The notes below the pieces were generated by a model, which saw nothing but the letters and a program-made list of their open reading frames with translations, was not told where the DNA came from and did no database searches. The position numbers and the translations under genes were made by a program. Positions 28,353 to 37,945 of a stretch of DNA of 64,000 nucleotides are shown here, in pieces. The DNA comes from Candidatus Bathyarchaeia archaeon (lineage in GTDB: Archaea > Thermoproteota > Bathyarchaeia > 40CM-2-53-6), in NCBI GenBank assembly GCA_049513715.1, contig JBEKVV010000003.1:320001-384000 (forward strand), read 5' to 3'. Numbering within the stretch: position 1 is the first letter of the stretch; each line of letters starts with the position of its first letter.

Positions 28353-28955
28353 TCAACCAGAACCGACTTTAACCTCGATTTCGCTCGGATTGGTGTTGCA
28401 TTTTTCGTCGTCAGGGCATGAAGTCACGCCAACAACAACATCGCGTAAAGCTTCGAGCTCCCCATAGTCTCCAGCTGCGGCCTTGGAAGGAAGTAATTCT
28501 AAGTCATTGATTTCTGCGAAAAATGACGCCATTGCAGGGAGATGCGCTCGTTCAATGTTGAAAAGTCTAGATAAAATGTCTCTGCAGCCCAATCGGCCAT
28601 CGCTGTAAATCTCTCTCCAGCATCCGGGGAACATGACATCCATCCCCACTGAAGATTTCTTCTTGACGATTCGCAGAACTGGATTCACGTTTCCATCAAC
28701 GAGCACGTCTCCTTCCTCTAGACTCGTTACGAGTTTGGGGGCACTGTAGCGCCGCCAGCCGTTGAAGTTTCTGGTCATCGCCTGATCAAAACCTAGGAAG
28801 GTCAGGTCTGAGGCCTGCCCGCCGTTTACGGTTTTGACCATTATATGGTCTCGTTTCCTGCACTCGACGAGCACGCCTTCTCCATGCTTTATGAGGTGTC
28901 GCTGCAAGTCTACTATTCTCGTCTGAAGCGAAGGTGTACCAGAGTTGATAGACAT
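28353..28955 (-). CDS. DUF1989 family protein, copy B
   Basis: Paralogue of 23716-24309 sharing an identical central block. Confidence 0.75.
   Translation of the reverse strand: MSINSGTPSLQTRIVDLQRHLIKHGEGVLVECRKRDHIMVKTVNGGQASDLTFLGFDQAMTRNFNGWRRYSAPKLVTSLEEGDVLVDGNVNPVLRIVKKKSSVGMDVMFPGCWREIYSDGRLGCRDILSRLFNIERAHLPAMASFFAEINDLELLPSKAAAGDYGELEALRDVVVGVTSCPDDEKCNTNPSEIEVKVGSG
28633..28812 (-). repeat. Right arm of a perfect 180-bp inverted repeat
   Basis: Reverse complement of 23850-24029. Confidence 0.92.
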
Positions 28956-29063
28956 TTGCTTTCAATTTGATGGATGAAAAGCATGGTTATGGGCTTTATA
29001 TTTCACCAAAGAAGAGCGTCACATTGTACGATAACCGCGAAAGCGAATTGAGCATGATTCTGC

Positions 29064-30422
29064 ATGGTGGATCTACTAGTCAAGAATGGTTTCGTAATGA
29101 CTGTTGATGAAAGACACAGTCAATACAGAGACGGATGTGTAGTCGTGGATGACGGTCTGATCATCGATGTTGGGGAGTCGGACCGAGTTTGTCGGGAGTA
29201 TGAAGCTGAACGTGTGATTGACGCGCGTGATATGGCGGTTCTACCCGGATTCGTGAACGCTCATGTCCACACCTCTGAAAAGCTAGTCCCAGGTCTCGCC
29301 GATGACTTAGACCTGTACGAATGGGGTCAGAAGGTGATTAATCCCATGATGTTGAATCAATCCAACGAGGATTGTTACTGGGCCTCACTCCTCGGCCAAG
29401 TCGAGATGATAAAATCCGGAATCACTTGTTACGCTGACTTGTTTTCTAGCCCGAACAAGGATTTGCTCCAAGTGCTCGTTAGCACGGTTGAGAAATCTGG
29501 AATGCGTGCAGTTATTGCGAGGGAGAACTACAACAAAGAAGCCCTTCCAGACGAATGGCGATTGTCAGTTCCCGACGAAATGACGGAAAACATGATTGAG
29601 GAGACCACTAGATATGTCAAGACTCAGAAGGGGCAGCCGAGCAGGATTTCTGTGAGATTCGGTCTAGGAGGCGTATGTTACGCTTTTCCTTCTTTGATCT
29701 CTAGAGTTCGGGCGCGAGCCACGGAATTAGGGATTGGAATACACGTTCACATTTCCGAAAGCATAGATGAAATTCGATTTCTGAAACGCCAAAAAAACAA
29801 AACCCCCGTGAGATACGCGTATGAGCAAGGCTTACTGGGACCTGACGTTCTGGGAGCACATTGCATTTGGTTAGATCATGAGGAAATAGATATCCTGCGA
29901 AGGACAGGGACAAAGGTGGCCTACAACCCCGTTTCAAACATGAAGTTGGCTGACGGTGTCGCTCCTGTGAACAGAATGATTGAGAAGGGCGTCACAGTGG
30001 GTTTGGGAACCGATGGTGCTGCGAGCAACGACAACTTCGATATGTTTGCTTGCATGAAGATGGGATCTTACCTCCAGAAGGTCCATCATCTGAATCCAGC
30101 ATTGCTTAGTTCACAGAGGATACTGGAGATGGCGACGATAGACGGCGCGAGGGCGTTGCAGATGGAAGATAGGATAGGGTCGATCGAGCGTGGGAAGAAA
30201 GCAGACCTAATGCTGGTGAGCCTGAACGCCCCCAACATTGTCCCAGTCCACGATCTGGCCAAGCAACTAGTCTGTTCGGGAAGCCCGGAGAATGTGGACA
30301 CTGTAATAATCGATGGGGACATAGTCTTGGAGGGGAGACGATTTACGAAGCTAGATGAAGCCAGAACGATCAAAGAATCCAAGGTCAGGGCGGAGAAAGT
30401 TGTTAAACGCATGTACTCGTAG
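29064..30422 (+). CDS. Amidohydrolase, deaminase type
   Basis: NAHVHTSE, HVHISE, GAHCI and GTDGAASN motifs; closest to 25700-27079. Confidence 0.9.
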   Translation: MVDLLVKNGFVMTVDERHSQYRDGCVVVDDGLIIDVGESDRVCREYEAERVIDARDMAVLPGFVNAHVHTSEKLVPGLADDLDLYEWGQKVINPMMLNQSNEDCYWASLLGQVEMIKSGITCYADLFSSPNKDLLQVLVSTVEKSGMRAVIARENYNKEALPDEWRLSVPDEMTENMIEETTRYVKTQKGQPSRISVRFGLGGVCYAFPSLISRVRARATELGIGIHVHISESIDEIRFLKRQKNKTPVRYAYEQGLLGPDVLGAHCIWLDHEEIDILRRTGTKVAYNPVSNMKLADGVAPVNRMIEKGVTVGLGTDGAASNDNFDMFACMKMGSYLQKVHHLNPALLSSQRILEMATIDGARALQMEDRIGSIERGKKADLMLVSLNAPNIVPVHDLAKQLVCSGSPENVDTVIIDGDIVLEGRRFTKLDEARTIKESKVRAEKVVKRMYS

Positions 30423-30451
30423 CCGAGTAAAGAAAAAAGGGTGTGACGGGT

Positions 30452-32086
30452 TCATGCTGGCGGGATCTCTTTGAACGCCAAGTCCATCGGGATGCCTTTC
30501 CGTTTTCTGTATTCCACAGCGATGTAGTATAGTCCCAGCCCTATGATTGCTGCGCTAACAAAGATGTAGAGCGCGTTCTGCCACGGACCCAAACCGAGTG
30601 CTGGGATAGTCAGGTACAGATATGATGCAAATATTGACGTCCCCACGGCTAAGACGCCTGCAATCGACAGAAACGGTATTGGTCCCACCTTGAGGTTCTT
30701 TATCGGAGATGCTTCGTAAACCTGCTTCTTGTGATACGGGAAGAAGATTGCTGTAATCGATGTTAGACCCACATTTCCGACGAAAATATACATGCTACTA
30801 GCTGCCAACACCGGAAACACTAGATCCGGTCGAAGGGCTATGCAGAGAAGGGCCAACCAGTAGAGAAGACATGTGACGATCGTAGCATTGAACGGCGTAT
30901 GATACTTCGGGTTGACCTTGGCGAGAATGCTTGGGGCAAGTCTATCGAAAGACCAAGAGAATATGTACCTTGAGGAAAGTGTCATCGCAGGGATTAGTAT
31001 GACAAAAGGCCATACTGCGAATGTGGTTGCGATGATGAATTGTATCACGGGGTTTCCGTAGAGTATGGCCATCAAGAAGTTGGGGTAGGGTGGGATTGGA
31101 AGCGGATACTTGTCCGGTGCGACGGTTTGAATCCAGAATGCGGCGGCTAGGAAGTTATATCCTATTACCTTGAAGAGAACGTACAAGCCCCCCATCAACA
31201 AGACGCCGTTGAGTATCGTTGGGCCGACCATGATGCCCAATTGTCTCTTGGCGTTGTCAGCCTTTTTTATCTCGCCCGCCATGAAGGAGGAGAAGAATCC
31301 CCAACCAACGCATGATATTCCGATGGCAATCATCCCAAAAGTCGCTGTGGGATTGTAGCCTGCAGATAACGATAGCCCAGTCGCTTTCGCTTCGTCTATG
31401 AACCACTGATACGAATTTGATGACCCGGTGTATTGGCTCATCATAGAATTGAAGCGAGCGATGAAGACGGCGTTACTTGAAAACGCGAGTCCTCCAACGG
31501 CTATTGCAAGGCCTATCAAGCCGATTATGAAGAAGACGTCGTTCAGCCTGAACATGAACTTTACACCGAGCGTCGTGATAATCCCCAGAACCACGATGAG
31601 TATCGTGCCGAGGACGAGCCCTCCCATCGGGCTCGCCGCCCACGTCGCCGCGCTCACTAGATTTGGACTGTTGAAGGAGAACCCTAAGACCGCTAAGGGC
31701 GCGTACACACAAATCGTTCCAAACCAGTAGAGAATCAGGCCGAACACTATCGCCTCGAAGAAGAGAAAGTTTGTGCTCGCCATGAACCCTATTGCTGGAT
31801 GCAGAGATCTGCTGAGGAATACGTAGTCGCCGCCAGATCTCGGATATACCGAAGAGAACAGTGCGTACACTGAGACGTAAAATATGGACAGAATCGTTCC
31901 TATTGCTACCGCAGTGATTAGGTCGCCGCCCGGAAGGGCATACAACGCCCAATAGACACTGTACGCTATGTTCAACCCTAGCGGGCCAGATATGGTAGTG
32001 TTTGCAATTGCGGCATCGAAGAAGTTTAGATCTCTTATTAGTCCACTCGCTTTCCTGACAAAGACTTTTTCAGTCGTAGCTTCAAT
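30452..32086 (-). CDS. APC-family amino acid/amine permease
   Basis: PRSGGDYVFLSR, AGEIK, SRYIFSWSFDR and FKEIPP motifs. The family-typical N-terminus FVRKASGLIRD lies upstream of the track start (31975), with a probable ATT start at 32086. Confidence 0.85.
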   Translation of the reverse strand: MEATTEKVFVRKASGLIRDLNFFDAAIANTTISGPLGLNIAYSVYWALYALPGGDLITAVAIGTILSIFYVSVYALFSSVYPRSGGDYVFLSRSLHPAIGFMASTNFLFFEAIVFGLILYWFGTICVYAPLAVLGFSFNSPNLVSAATWAASPMGGLVLGTILIVVLGIITTLGVKFMFRLNDVFFIIGLIGLAIAVGGLAFSSNAVFIARFNSMMSQYTGSSNSYQWFIDEAKATGLSLSAGYNPTATFGMIAIGISCVGWGFFSSFMAGEIKKADNAKRQLGIMVGPTILNGVLLMGGLYVLFKVIGYNFLAAAFWIQTVAPDKYPLPIPPYPNFLMAILYGNPVIQFIIATTFAVWPFVILIPAMTLSSRYIFSWSFDRLAPSILAKVNPKYHTPFNATIVTCLLYWLALLCIALRPDLVFPVLAASSMYIFVGNVGLTSITAIFFPYHKKQVYEASPIKNLKVGPIPFLSIAGVLAVGTSIFASYLYLTIPALGLGPWQNALYIFVSAAIIGLGLYYIAVEYRKRKGIPMDLAFKEIPPA

Positions 32087-32247
32087 TCTCCGCGAAATTG
32101 ATGCCGCCTCACTGCTAATAAGACTTTGGACAGTTCACTTGCATAACTATACATATAGTATACATATACTATTGAGTATAACTACGGGACTTATTCTCAT
32201 TATCTAAGGGATAAGTATGAAATCGAACGCCCCATCCACTATATCTC

Positions 32248-33486
32248 GTGACTCCTATGCCGCAAGCAAATGACCTGCAAGAACTGATTGAGAAGGATGC
32301 GCGATATGTCGCTCAGATACTTCCCGGTAACAAGCGACCCATGGTCATGGAGGAAGGCCACGGAATCTACGTGAAAGACAGCTTGGGGAAAGATTACCTC
32401 GATTGTACCGCTGGAATCTCCGTAAATAACCTGGGCCACAGTCACCCCAAAATACTAGAAGCCATTCGCACGCAATCCCAAAAGATTCTACACACATACC
32501 CATTTGGAAATTTCATCTGCAGACCACAAGTCGAATTAGCAGAATTACTCGCCAAGATTACACCGGGACGATTATCAAGGAGCTTCTTCGTAAACAGTGG
32601 AACTGAAGCCGTCGAAGGCTCCCTGAAACTGTCAAGAAAATACACTATGAAGAAGGTACTGATTTCATGTGAAAAGGCGTTTCACGGAAGAACATTCGGT
32701 TCAGCGAGCGTGACTTGGAAGGAGATTTACCGAAAGCCCTTCGAACCCTTGCTCCCTGGCACGCAGTTTGTTCACTTTGGAGACGCTGACGCACTAGAAC
32801 ATGCGATGACGGACGACACTGCGGCTTTCATTGTCGAACCCGTGCAAGGAGAGGCCGGGTTCATCGTTCCTCCCGACGACTACCTACCCAGAGTCAGAGA
32901 AATCTGCTCCGACCATGGTGCCCTACTTATCTTAGATGAGATTCAGACAGCCTTCGGGAGAACTGGGAAGATGTTCGCCTGCCAACATTGGGGAGTAACA
33001 CCAGACATCATGGCAGTAGCAAAGGCGATAACATGTGGAGGCGTTCCGATGGGTGCCTTCATCTCAACCCCAGAAATAATGGATGCGTTCAGATGGCCGC
33101 CCCTCTCTCACACGACAACTTACGGTGGCCACGCCCTCGCATGTGCAGTTGCAAAGGCAGCCATAGAGGTGACGATCGCTGAAAAGCTGCCTGAACAGGC
33201 TGCCGAGAAAGGTGCCTACTTCAAGAAAAGACTGGTAGAGCTACAGAACGAGTTTCCAAACCTCATAAAGGAAATACGAGGGCTAGGCCTCATGTTGGGC
33301 ATCGCCTTCAGAGATACAGGTGTTGCAGACTCCTTCGTAGATGGATGCTTTGAGAAGGGCGTCATCGTCATTTGGACCATAAACTCAGCAAATGCAATAC
33401 GAATATCGCCACCACTAATCATAACGCGAGAACAGATCGACGAAGCAGTGTCAAGGTTCAGGCTGGTGCTGAAAGGCATTCGTTAG
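32248..33486 (+). CDS. Class III aminotransferase (putrescine/acetylornithine type)
   Basis: NSGTEAVEG, AFHGRTFG, VEPVQGEAG, DEIQTAFGRTG, AKAI and HTTTYGG motifs. Confidence 0.92.
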   Translation: MTPMPQANDLQELIEKDARYVAQILPGNKRPMVMEEGHGIYVKDSLGKDYLDCTAGISVNNLGHSHPKILEAIRTQSQKILHTYPFGNFICRPQVELAELLAKITPGRLSRSFFVNSGTEAVEGSLKLSRKYTMKKVLISCEKAFHGRTFGSASVTWKEIYRKPFEPLLPGTQFVHFGDADALEHAMTDDTAAFIVEPVQGEAGFIVPPDDYLPRVREICSDHGALLILDEIQTAFGRTGKMFACQHWGVTPDIMAVAKAITCGGVPMGAFISTPEIMDAFRWPPLSHTTTYGGHALACAVAKAAIEVTIAEKLPEQAAEKGAYFKKRLVELQNEFPNLIKEIRGLGLMLGIAFRDTGVADSFVDGCFEKGVIVIWTINSANAIRISPPLIITREQIDEAVSRFRLVLKGIR

Positions 33487-33506
33487 CTAAGCAAGAAAAG
33501 GAAAAC

Positions 33507-34460
33507 TTAGCCTGAAGTAAACACGTAGTCCTTGAAGCCTTTCTCGTGAAGATCCACTATTATTCCCCTCAGCACACCCTCCGAGTATTCACTCCCCGCA
33601 TTCAGACACAAGGTTCTACCAATTTTCGCACTCCCTTTGGATTCGTGAATGTGCCCGTGGAGCCCTAGTAGGGGTTGATACTTCTCAATAGCCTTTCTCA
33701 CCGCCGTTGAGCCCACATGATCCATCTTGAGCCCCCCTCGCTCCACGACAGGCCGTAAGGTGGCATCTAGTTTCGGCGCAACATCCAATTCAGTATCCAC
33801 CGGAGGGCAGTGCAAAGCGAAAATAGCATTCTTTGTGTTTTTCACACGAGAGGCCATGTCCTCTATTCGTTTCTCTAGGTCACTCTCCTCTATGTCTCTG
33901 GGACACTTCCAAGGGGTCATGTTGGCGTACCCAGTTGCAATCATCTCATGATGCGGATCAATCTCCGTGACCTTTCCCTCTGGATTGACCGCGAACTCTG
34001 ACTTCTCAAGAATAGCATCAATTTCGTGGCGATCGTCATTGCCTGGAACTATGTAGACCTTTATCCCTGTTCCCTTCAACTTCTCCCCAATAATCCCCAG
34101 CCATCGACCCAAAGTTTCGTTCATTAGTCTCGAAAATAGTGCGTCAACCTTGGCAGGGTCCGCGTTCAGTTCTTCCATTTCTTTCTGGGTCGTTCTGTAT
34201 GGATAGTATCCTGAATCTCTTATCATCTTCTCGAGCTTTAGTGCCTCTTCCTCGTTCTTCAGAATATTGTCTAGTCCCTGAAAATTCGCCGTGCGAGTTC
34301 CATCGGGCATCTTGACGAGTGGCACTATCATCTTGCCAGTTATGTCTCCACCAAATACAATCACGTCTGCCTTGTAGAACTTGCCCGCACTAACGAACTT
34401 CAAGAAGCAAAGTTCTGAGCCATGAATATCAGTCGTGAAATAGAGTCTAGTATTGACCAA
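33507..34460 (-). CDS. Calcineurin-like metallophosphoesterase
   Basis: DIHGS, GGDITGK, PGNDD, HCPP and HGHIHE motifs. Confidence 0.9.
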   Translation of the reverse strand: MVNTRLYFTTDIHGSELCFLKFVSAGKFYKADVIVFGGDITGKMIVPLVKMPDGTRTANFQGLDNILKNEEEALKLEKMIRDSGYYPYRTTQKEMEELNADPAKVDALFSRLMNETLGRWLGIIGEKLKGTGIKVYIVPGNDDRHEIDAILEKSEFAVNPEGKVTEIDPHHEMIATGYANMTPWKCPRDIEESDLEKRIEDMASRVKNTKNAIFALHCPPVDTELDVAPKLDATLRPVVERGGLKMDHVGSTAVRKAIEKYQPLLGLHGHIHESKGSAKIGRTLCLNAGSEYSEGVLRGIIVDLHEKGFKDYVFTSG

Positions 34461-34694
34461 TTGCAGACTCCCCCACGCGCGCAGACGTTGAGCGCATATT
34501 AGCCTTTCGAACCTTCAATCCTTACAATCTATAAGTTAGGGACTCCTTGACTCATTGTTTCCCAAGGAAAAAACTGCAGAGAAATAACGCGTAGAGGAAA
34601 TCCGGAGAAACATTCGATTCGAGATTCTCAGATTTCATTTTGACAAGAATCACTTATATATCGTATTCCTGTGAAGTCGTCGCGTGGAATTCTA

Positions 34695-35537
34695 ATGCCG
34701 AAATACACGCCCCAAGACATGATTAGCGACAAGGGATACTTGGGTATGCTTTGGGACGTCGGGCTAAGAGTAAAACCTGACGAAAACCTTGGAAAGTACG
34801 CGATCGTATGGCGAGATGAGTTCGGCGAGAAGGGAAAACTTGCCGTAGACTACCTCAAGGATGCTAGGATGGTCCAAGACTTCAGGGGAAATACGACGTG
34901 GACGGGACTCTATGATGGAATCAGAGTCACAGTGGCAGCGACCAATTGGGGTTCGGCCGCTGCTGCAGTTGCAGTAGAAGAACTTGCTAATGCAGGAGTT
35001 GAAACGTTCATAAGATTCGGAACATGCGGATCCCTTCATAATTGGCTAAATCTCAATGACTTGGTCATAAGTGAGGGATTCGTCAGGGCAGACGGTGCGT
35101 CAGCCGAATACATACCTCTCGAATACCCGGCAATCTGCAACCTGGAAGTTACAAGGGCATTGGTTGACTCTGCCGAGAAACTCGGAGAGAAATATCACTT
35201 GGGGATCCTAAGAACTCACGATTCATACTACGTTGAAACCAACGCCGCGCTGAGCGACCCAACTGGAGGCGCTGGGCCAAGAGCAATGTCCCACGTCGAC
35301 AAGAGAATTGCGAGGACGTCGATATACGCCAAGGCGGGAGTACTTGCTGTGGACAACGAAGGAGCAGCGACTGTTGTGCCTGCGAGGCTTCGAGGACTCA
35401 AGAGTGGCTCCTTCCATTGCGTCACTGGCAACATGGCTACCAATGAAGAAGTTATCCCGCGAGACTGTGAACAGCGAATCAAATCATTATTCAAAGTCGG
35501 ATTTGAAGCAATCAAGAAACTCGAAAATAGGAAATGA
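34695..35537 (+). CDS. Nucleoside phosphorylase (uridine phosphorylase-like, NP-I)
   Basis: EELANAG, IRFGTCGSL, RADGAS..Y, THDSYY and VDNE motifs. The ORF is open from 34671. Confidence 0.85.
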   Translation: MPKYTPQDMISDKGYLGMLWDVGLRVKPDENLGKYAIVWRDEFGEKGKLAVDYLKDARMVQDFRGNTTWTGLYDGIRVTVAATNWGSAAAAVAVEELANAGVETFIRFGTCGSLHNWLNLNDLVISEGFVRADGASAEYIPLEYPAICNLEVTRALVDSAEKLGEKYHLGILRTHDSYYVETNAALSDPTGGAGPRAMSHVDKRIARTSIYAKAGVLAVDNEGAATVVPARLRGLKSGSFHCVTGNMATNEEVIPRDCEQRIKSLFKVGFEAIKKLENRK

Positions 35538-35601
35538 GCGGCGGAACTAGCCGCCTCTCCCACCTTTCGCCACCAACGCAGAACCCGGAGGCGCGAACCT
35601 A

Positions 35602-36615
35602 TTGAAGGCTGCAGTTTTCTATGGACCAAGGAACATTAGACTTGAAGAACGTGCGAAACCTAAACTCGCAGACGATTCGATTTCGATAAGAGTGAAATGG
35701 AGCAGCCTTTGCGGAACGGACAACCACATATACCGTGGAAACTTCGACGTGAAGACCCCGCTAATTCTCGGACATGATTTCTCAGGAACTGTGGACGAGG
35801 TTGGGAGCAAGGTCACTAGACTATCTGTCGGAGACAAGGTTGTTGCTGAGCCGATTAGGTATTGCGGAACTTGCCCCACTTGCTTGAAGGGTAGGTACAC
35901 CATTTGCGAGAACAGAGCAATCATGGGGATACAGATCGACGGCTCCCTAGCTAAGTATGTAGTCGCTCCTGAGAAAAACGTCTTCGCGATACCAAACGGT
36001 GTTTCATTCCAAGAAGCAGCAACCATGGAGCCCGCCGCTGTGGCCCTCCATTCAATGGACTATGCAAAACCTGTGGCCGGCGAAACTGTGGTAATACTAG
36101 GGCAGGGACCAATTGGGCTTCTGCACACGCAGGTGGCCAGAATTTCGGGATTGACTGTAACAGCGGTAGACATCCTAGACCATCGCTTGGAGCTCGCGAA
36201 GAAGCTTGGGGCGGATTATGCGATAAACCCTTCCAAAGAAGACCTAGTGGGGAAAGTCAGATCCTTCACTAATAGAGGAGCCGACATCATTATCGATACA
36301 AGCGGATCGGTCAAGACGACTGAAATCACACCGTTCCTAGCCAGTCCTGCAGGCAGAATCATTGTCGTGGGCTCGTCCAAGGAGTTGATGACCCACGGTC
36401 CACCAGCAGAGATGATTTTGACTAAAGAACTGTCCATATACGGGGTCGCAGGAGCGCCTCTAAAGTATCCAAGGGCACTCGCGTTAGTTGGGAATAAGAA
36501 GCTTGACGTTAAGACGCTGATTACTCATAGAATCAAGCTTTCGATGATAAATGAGGCTTTCAGACTGTTCGACGATCCCAGAATGATTAAGACTTTAGTT
36601 GAGTCCTCTGGCTGA
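35602..36615 (+). CDS. Zn-dependent (MDR) alcohol/polyol dehydrogenase
   Basis: CGTD, GHD (usually GHE), CGTCPTC..C and GQGPIG motifs. Confidence 0.88.
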   Translation: MKAAVFYGPRNIRLEERAKPKLADDSISIRVKWSSLCGTDNHIYRGNFDVKTPLILGHDFSGTVDEVGSKVTRLSVGDKVVAEPIRYCGTCPTCLKGRYTICENRAIMGIQIDGSLAKYVVAPEKNVFAIPNGVSFQEAATMEPAAVALHSMDYAKPVAGETVVILGQGPIGLLHTQVARISGLTVTAVDILDHRLELAKKLGADYAINPSKEDLVGKVRSFTNRGADIIIDTSGSVKTTEITPFLASPAGRIIVVGSSKELMTHGPPAEMILTKELSIYGVAGAPLKYPRALALVGNKKLDVKTLITHRIKLSMINEAFRLFDDPRMIKTLVESSG

Positions 36616-36675
36616 GCTGTCGGTCAGGCTGGGTGGTCGGACTAGGCCCTCGTATTCTGCGAAAGGCTTCCTGCA

Positions 36676-37617
36676 TCAGAAAGGCGTGCCGCTGCCGACA
36701 TAGCACTTGATTTGATTTTGCTCGAAAATTCTGGCCACATGCATCATTTTGTCGTCCAAGGGAGCGGTGACGCTCCTGTACTTGTATTCCCAACCAAGCT
36801 GCTCGTACTTGGTTGTCCCTAACCTGTGAAAAGGAAGTAGGTTCACCTCCTTTTTCCTAATCTTCTTCATGAAAGTAGCCGTAGCTTTCATGTTCTCATC
36901 AGAGTCATTGAAACCAGGCACTACTGGAATACGGACGACAATTCTCGAATCGTTCCTTTGTGCGATTATGCCCTCTATGTTCTTGAGAATTAGCTCGTTG
37001 GTAACGCCTGTTCCTTCTCTATGCTTTTCTGGATCCATGTGTTTGATGTCAACGAAAACCCAATCAGCATAATTCAACGCTCTCTCCAAAATCTTTGGAG
37101 AAACATGCGCGCATGTCTCTATGGCTGTGTGAACGTAGGAATTGTAGAGCCTCTCAAGCATGGCAGTAGTGAATTCAGGTTGGGCTAGAGGTTCGCCGCC
37201 ACCGAACGTGACGCCGCCTCCTTGTCCCCAATAGGCCCTGTCTCTGGTCACGATCTCCATGGCTTCCTCTACGGTGACATCGCGGCCGACGACCCGTAGT
37301 GCTCCGTTGTAACAGCTGTTCACGCAGCTGAATTGGTGGCATTTTTCGCATTTTGACCAATCGAGGGTGATGGAATCTGCATTATTCGCCTTGCTGATAG
37401 CCCCGACGGGGCATGCTCCCACGCAGCTGTAGGTTTCTGCCTTGCATTTCCTTTGACTGTACATCAACTGAGGTTTGAACGATTGCCCTTCAGGGTTACA
37501 GCACCAGCTGCACTTGAGCGGGCACCCCTTCATGAAAAAGAGTGTTCTGCATCCGGGTCCGTCATGAACAGAGAAGCCCTGAACATCAAAAACAAGACCC
37601 CTCAGACTATGTGCCAT
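36676..37617 (-). CDS. hpdA: Glycyl-radical activating enzyme, HpdA-like radical SAM
   Basis: HDGPG, GCPLKCSWCCNPE, a ferredoxin-like insert, GVTFGGGEP and LLPFH motifs. Confidence 0.9.
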   Translation of the reverse strand: MAHSLRGLVFDVQGFSVHDGPGCRTLFFMKGCPLKCSWCCNPEGQSFKPQLMYSQRKCKAETYSCVGACPVGAISKANNADSITLDWSKCEKCHQFSCVNSCYNGALRVVGRDVTVEEAMEIVTRDRAYWGQGGGVTFGGGEPLAQPEFTTAMLERLYNSYVHTAIETCAHVSPKILERALNYADWVFVDIKHMDPEKHREGTGVTNELILKNIEGIIAQRNDSRIVVRIPVVPGFNDSDENMKATATFMKKIRKKEVNLLPFHRLGTTKYEQLGWEYKYRSVTAPLDDKMMHVARIFEQNQIKCYVGSGTPF

Positions 37618-37654
37618 GTTCGCTACGGACCCAGACCGTTCTTTGTAATCGACT

Positions 37655-37945
37655 TCACTCCCGGTCGTGTCGGGTTTTGGGCTCAGACTTCCACTCGAAT
37701 ATTTCGCATGTTCGTGTTCTGAGTTCGGGGAATGTCACGGTTATTCCTTTGCAGAGGCCCAGGGCATCAGTTTTGCTCGTGTAATTTGCGCAGAACTTAC
37801 ATTTCTTGGTTGGGACGCATTCAGTGCATGCATTTTCGTCTGTCAGAACGGAGCGCTTGTTGAGGTGACAGATTCCCTTGAAGACGTCTACTGGGGTGAA
37901 ATAGTCGCAGTCGCCACATTTCGAAACTTGGAGTTGTGTCAGCAT
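37655..37945 (-). CDS. hpdC: 4-hydroxyphenylacetate decarboxylase small Fe-S subunit-like
   Basis: CGDC..F..VD..KGIC...C....KCKFC..Y....GLC....TCE, the duplicated Fe-S pattern of HpdC. It lies between the GRE and its activase. Confidence 0.85.
   Translation of the reverse strand: MLTQLQVSKCGDCDYFTPVDVFKGICHLNKRSVLTDENACTECVPTKKCKFCANYTSKTDALGLCKGITVTFPELRTRTCEIFEWKSEPKTRHDRE

Noticed and set aside
23850..28812. IS or transposon bounded by terminal inverted repeats
   Set aside because: The repeats are internal coding sequence of paralogues; I saw no transposase or target-site duplication.
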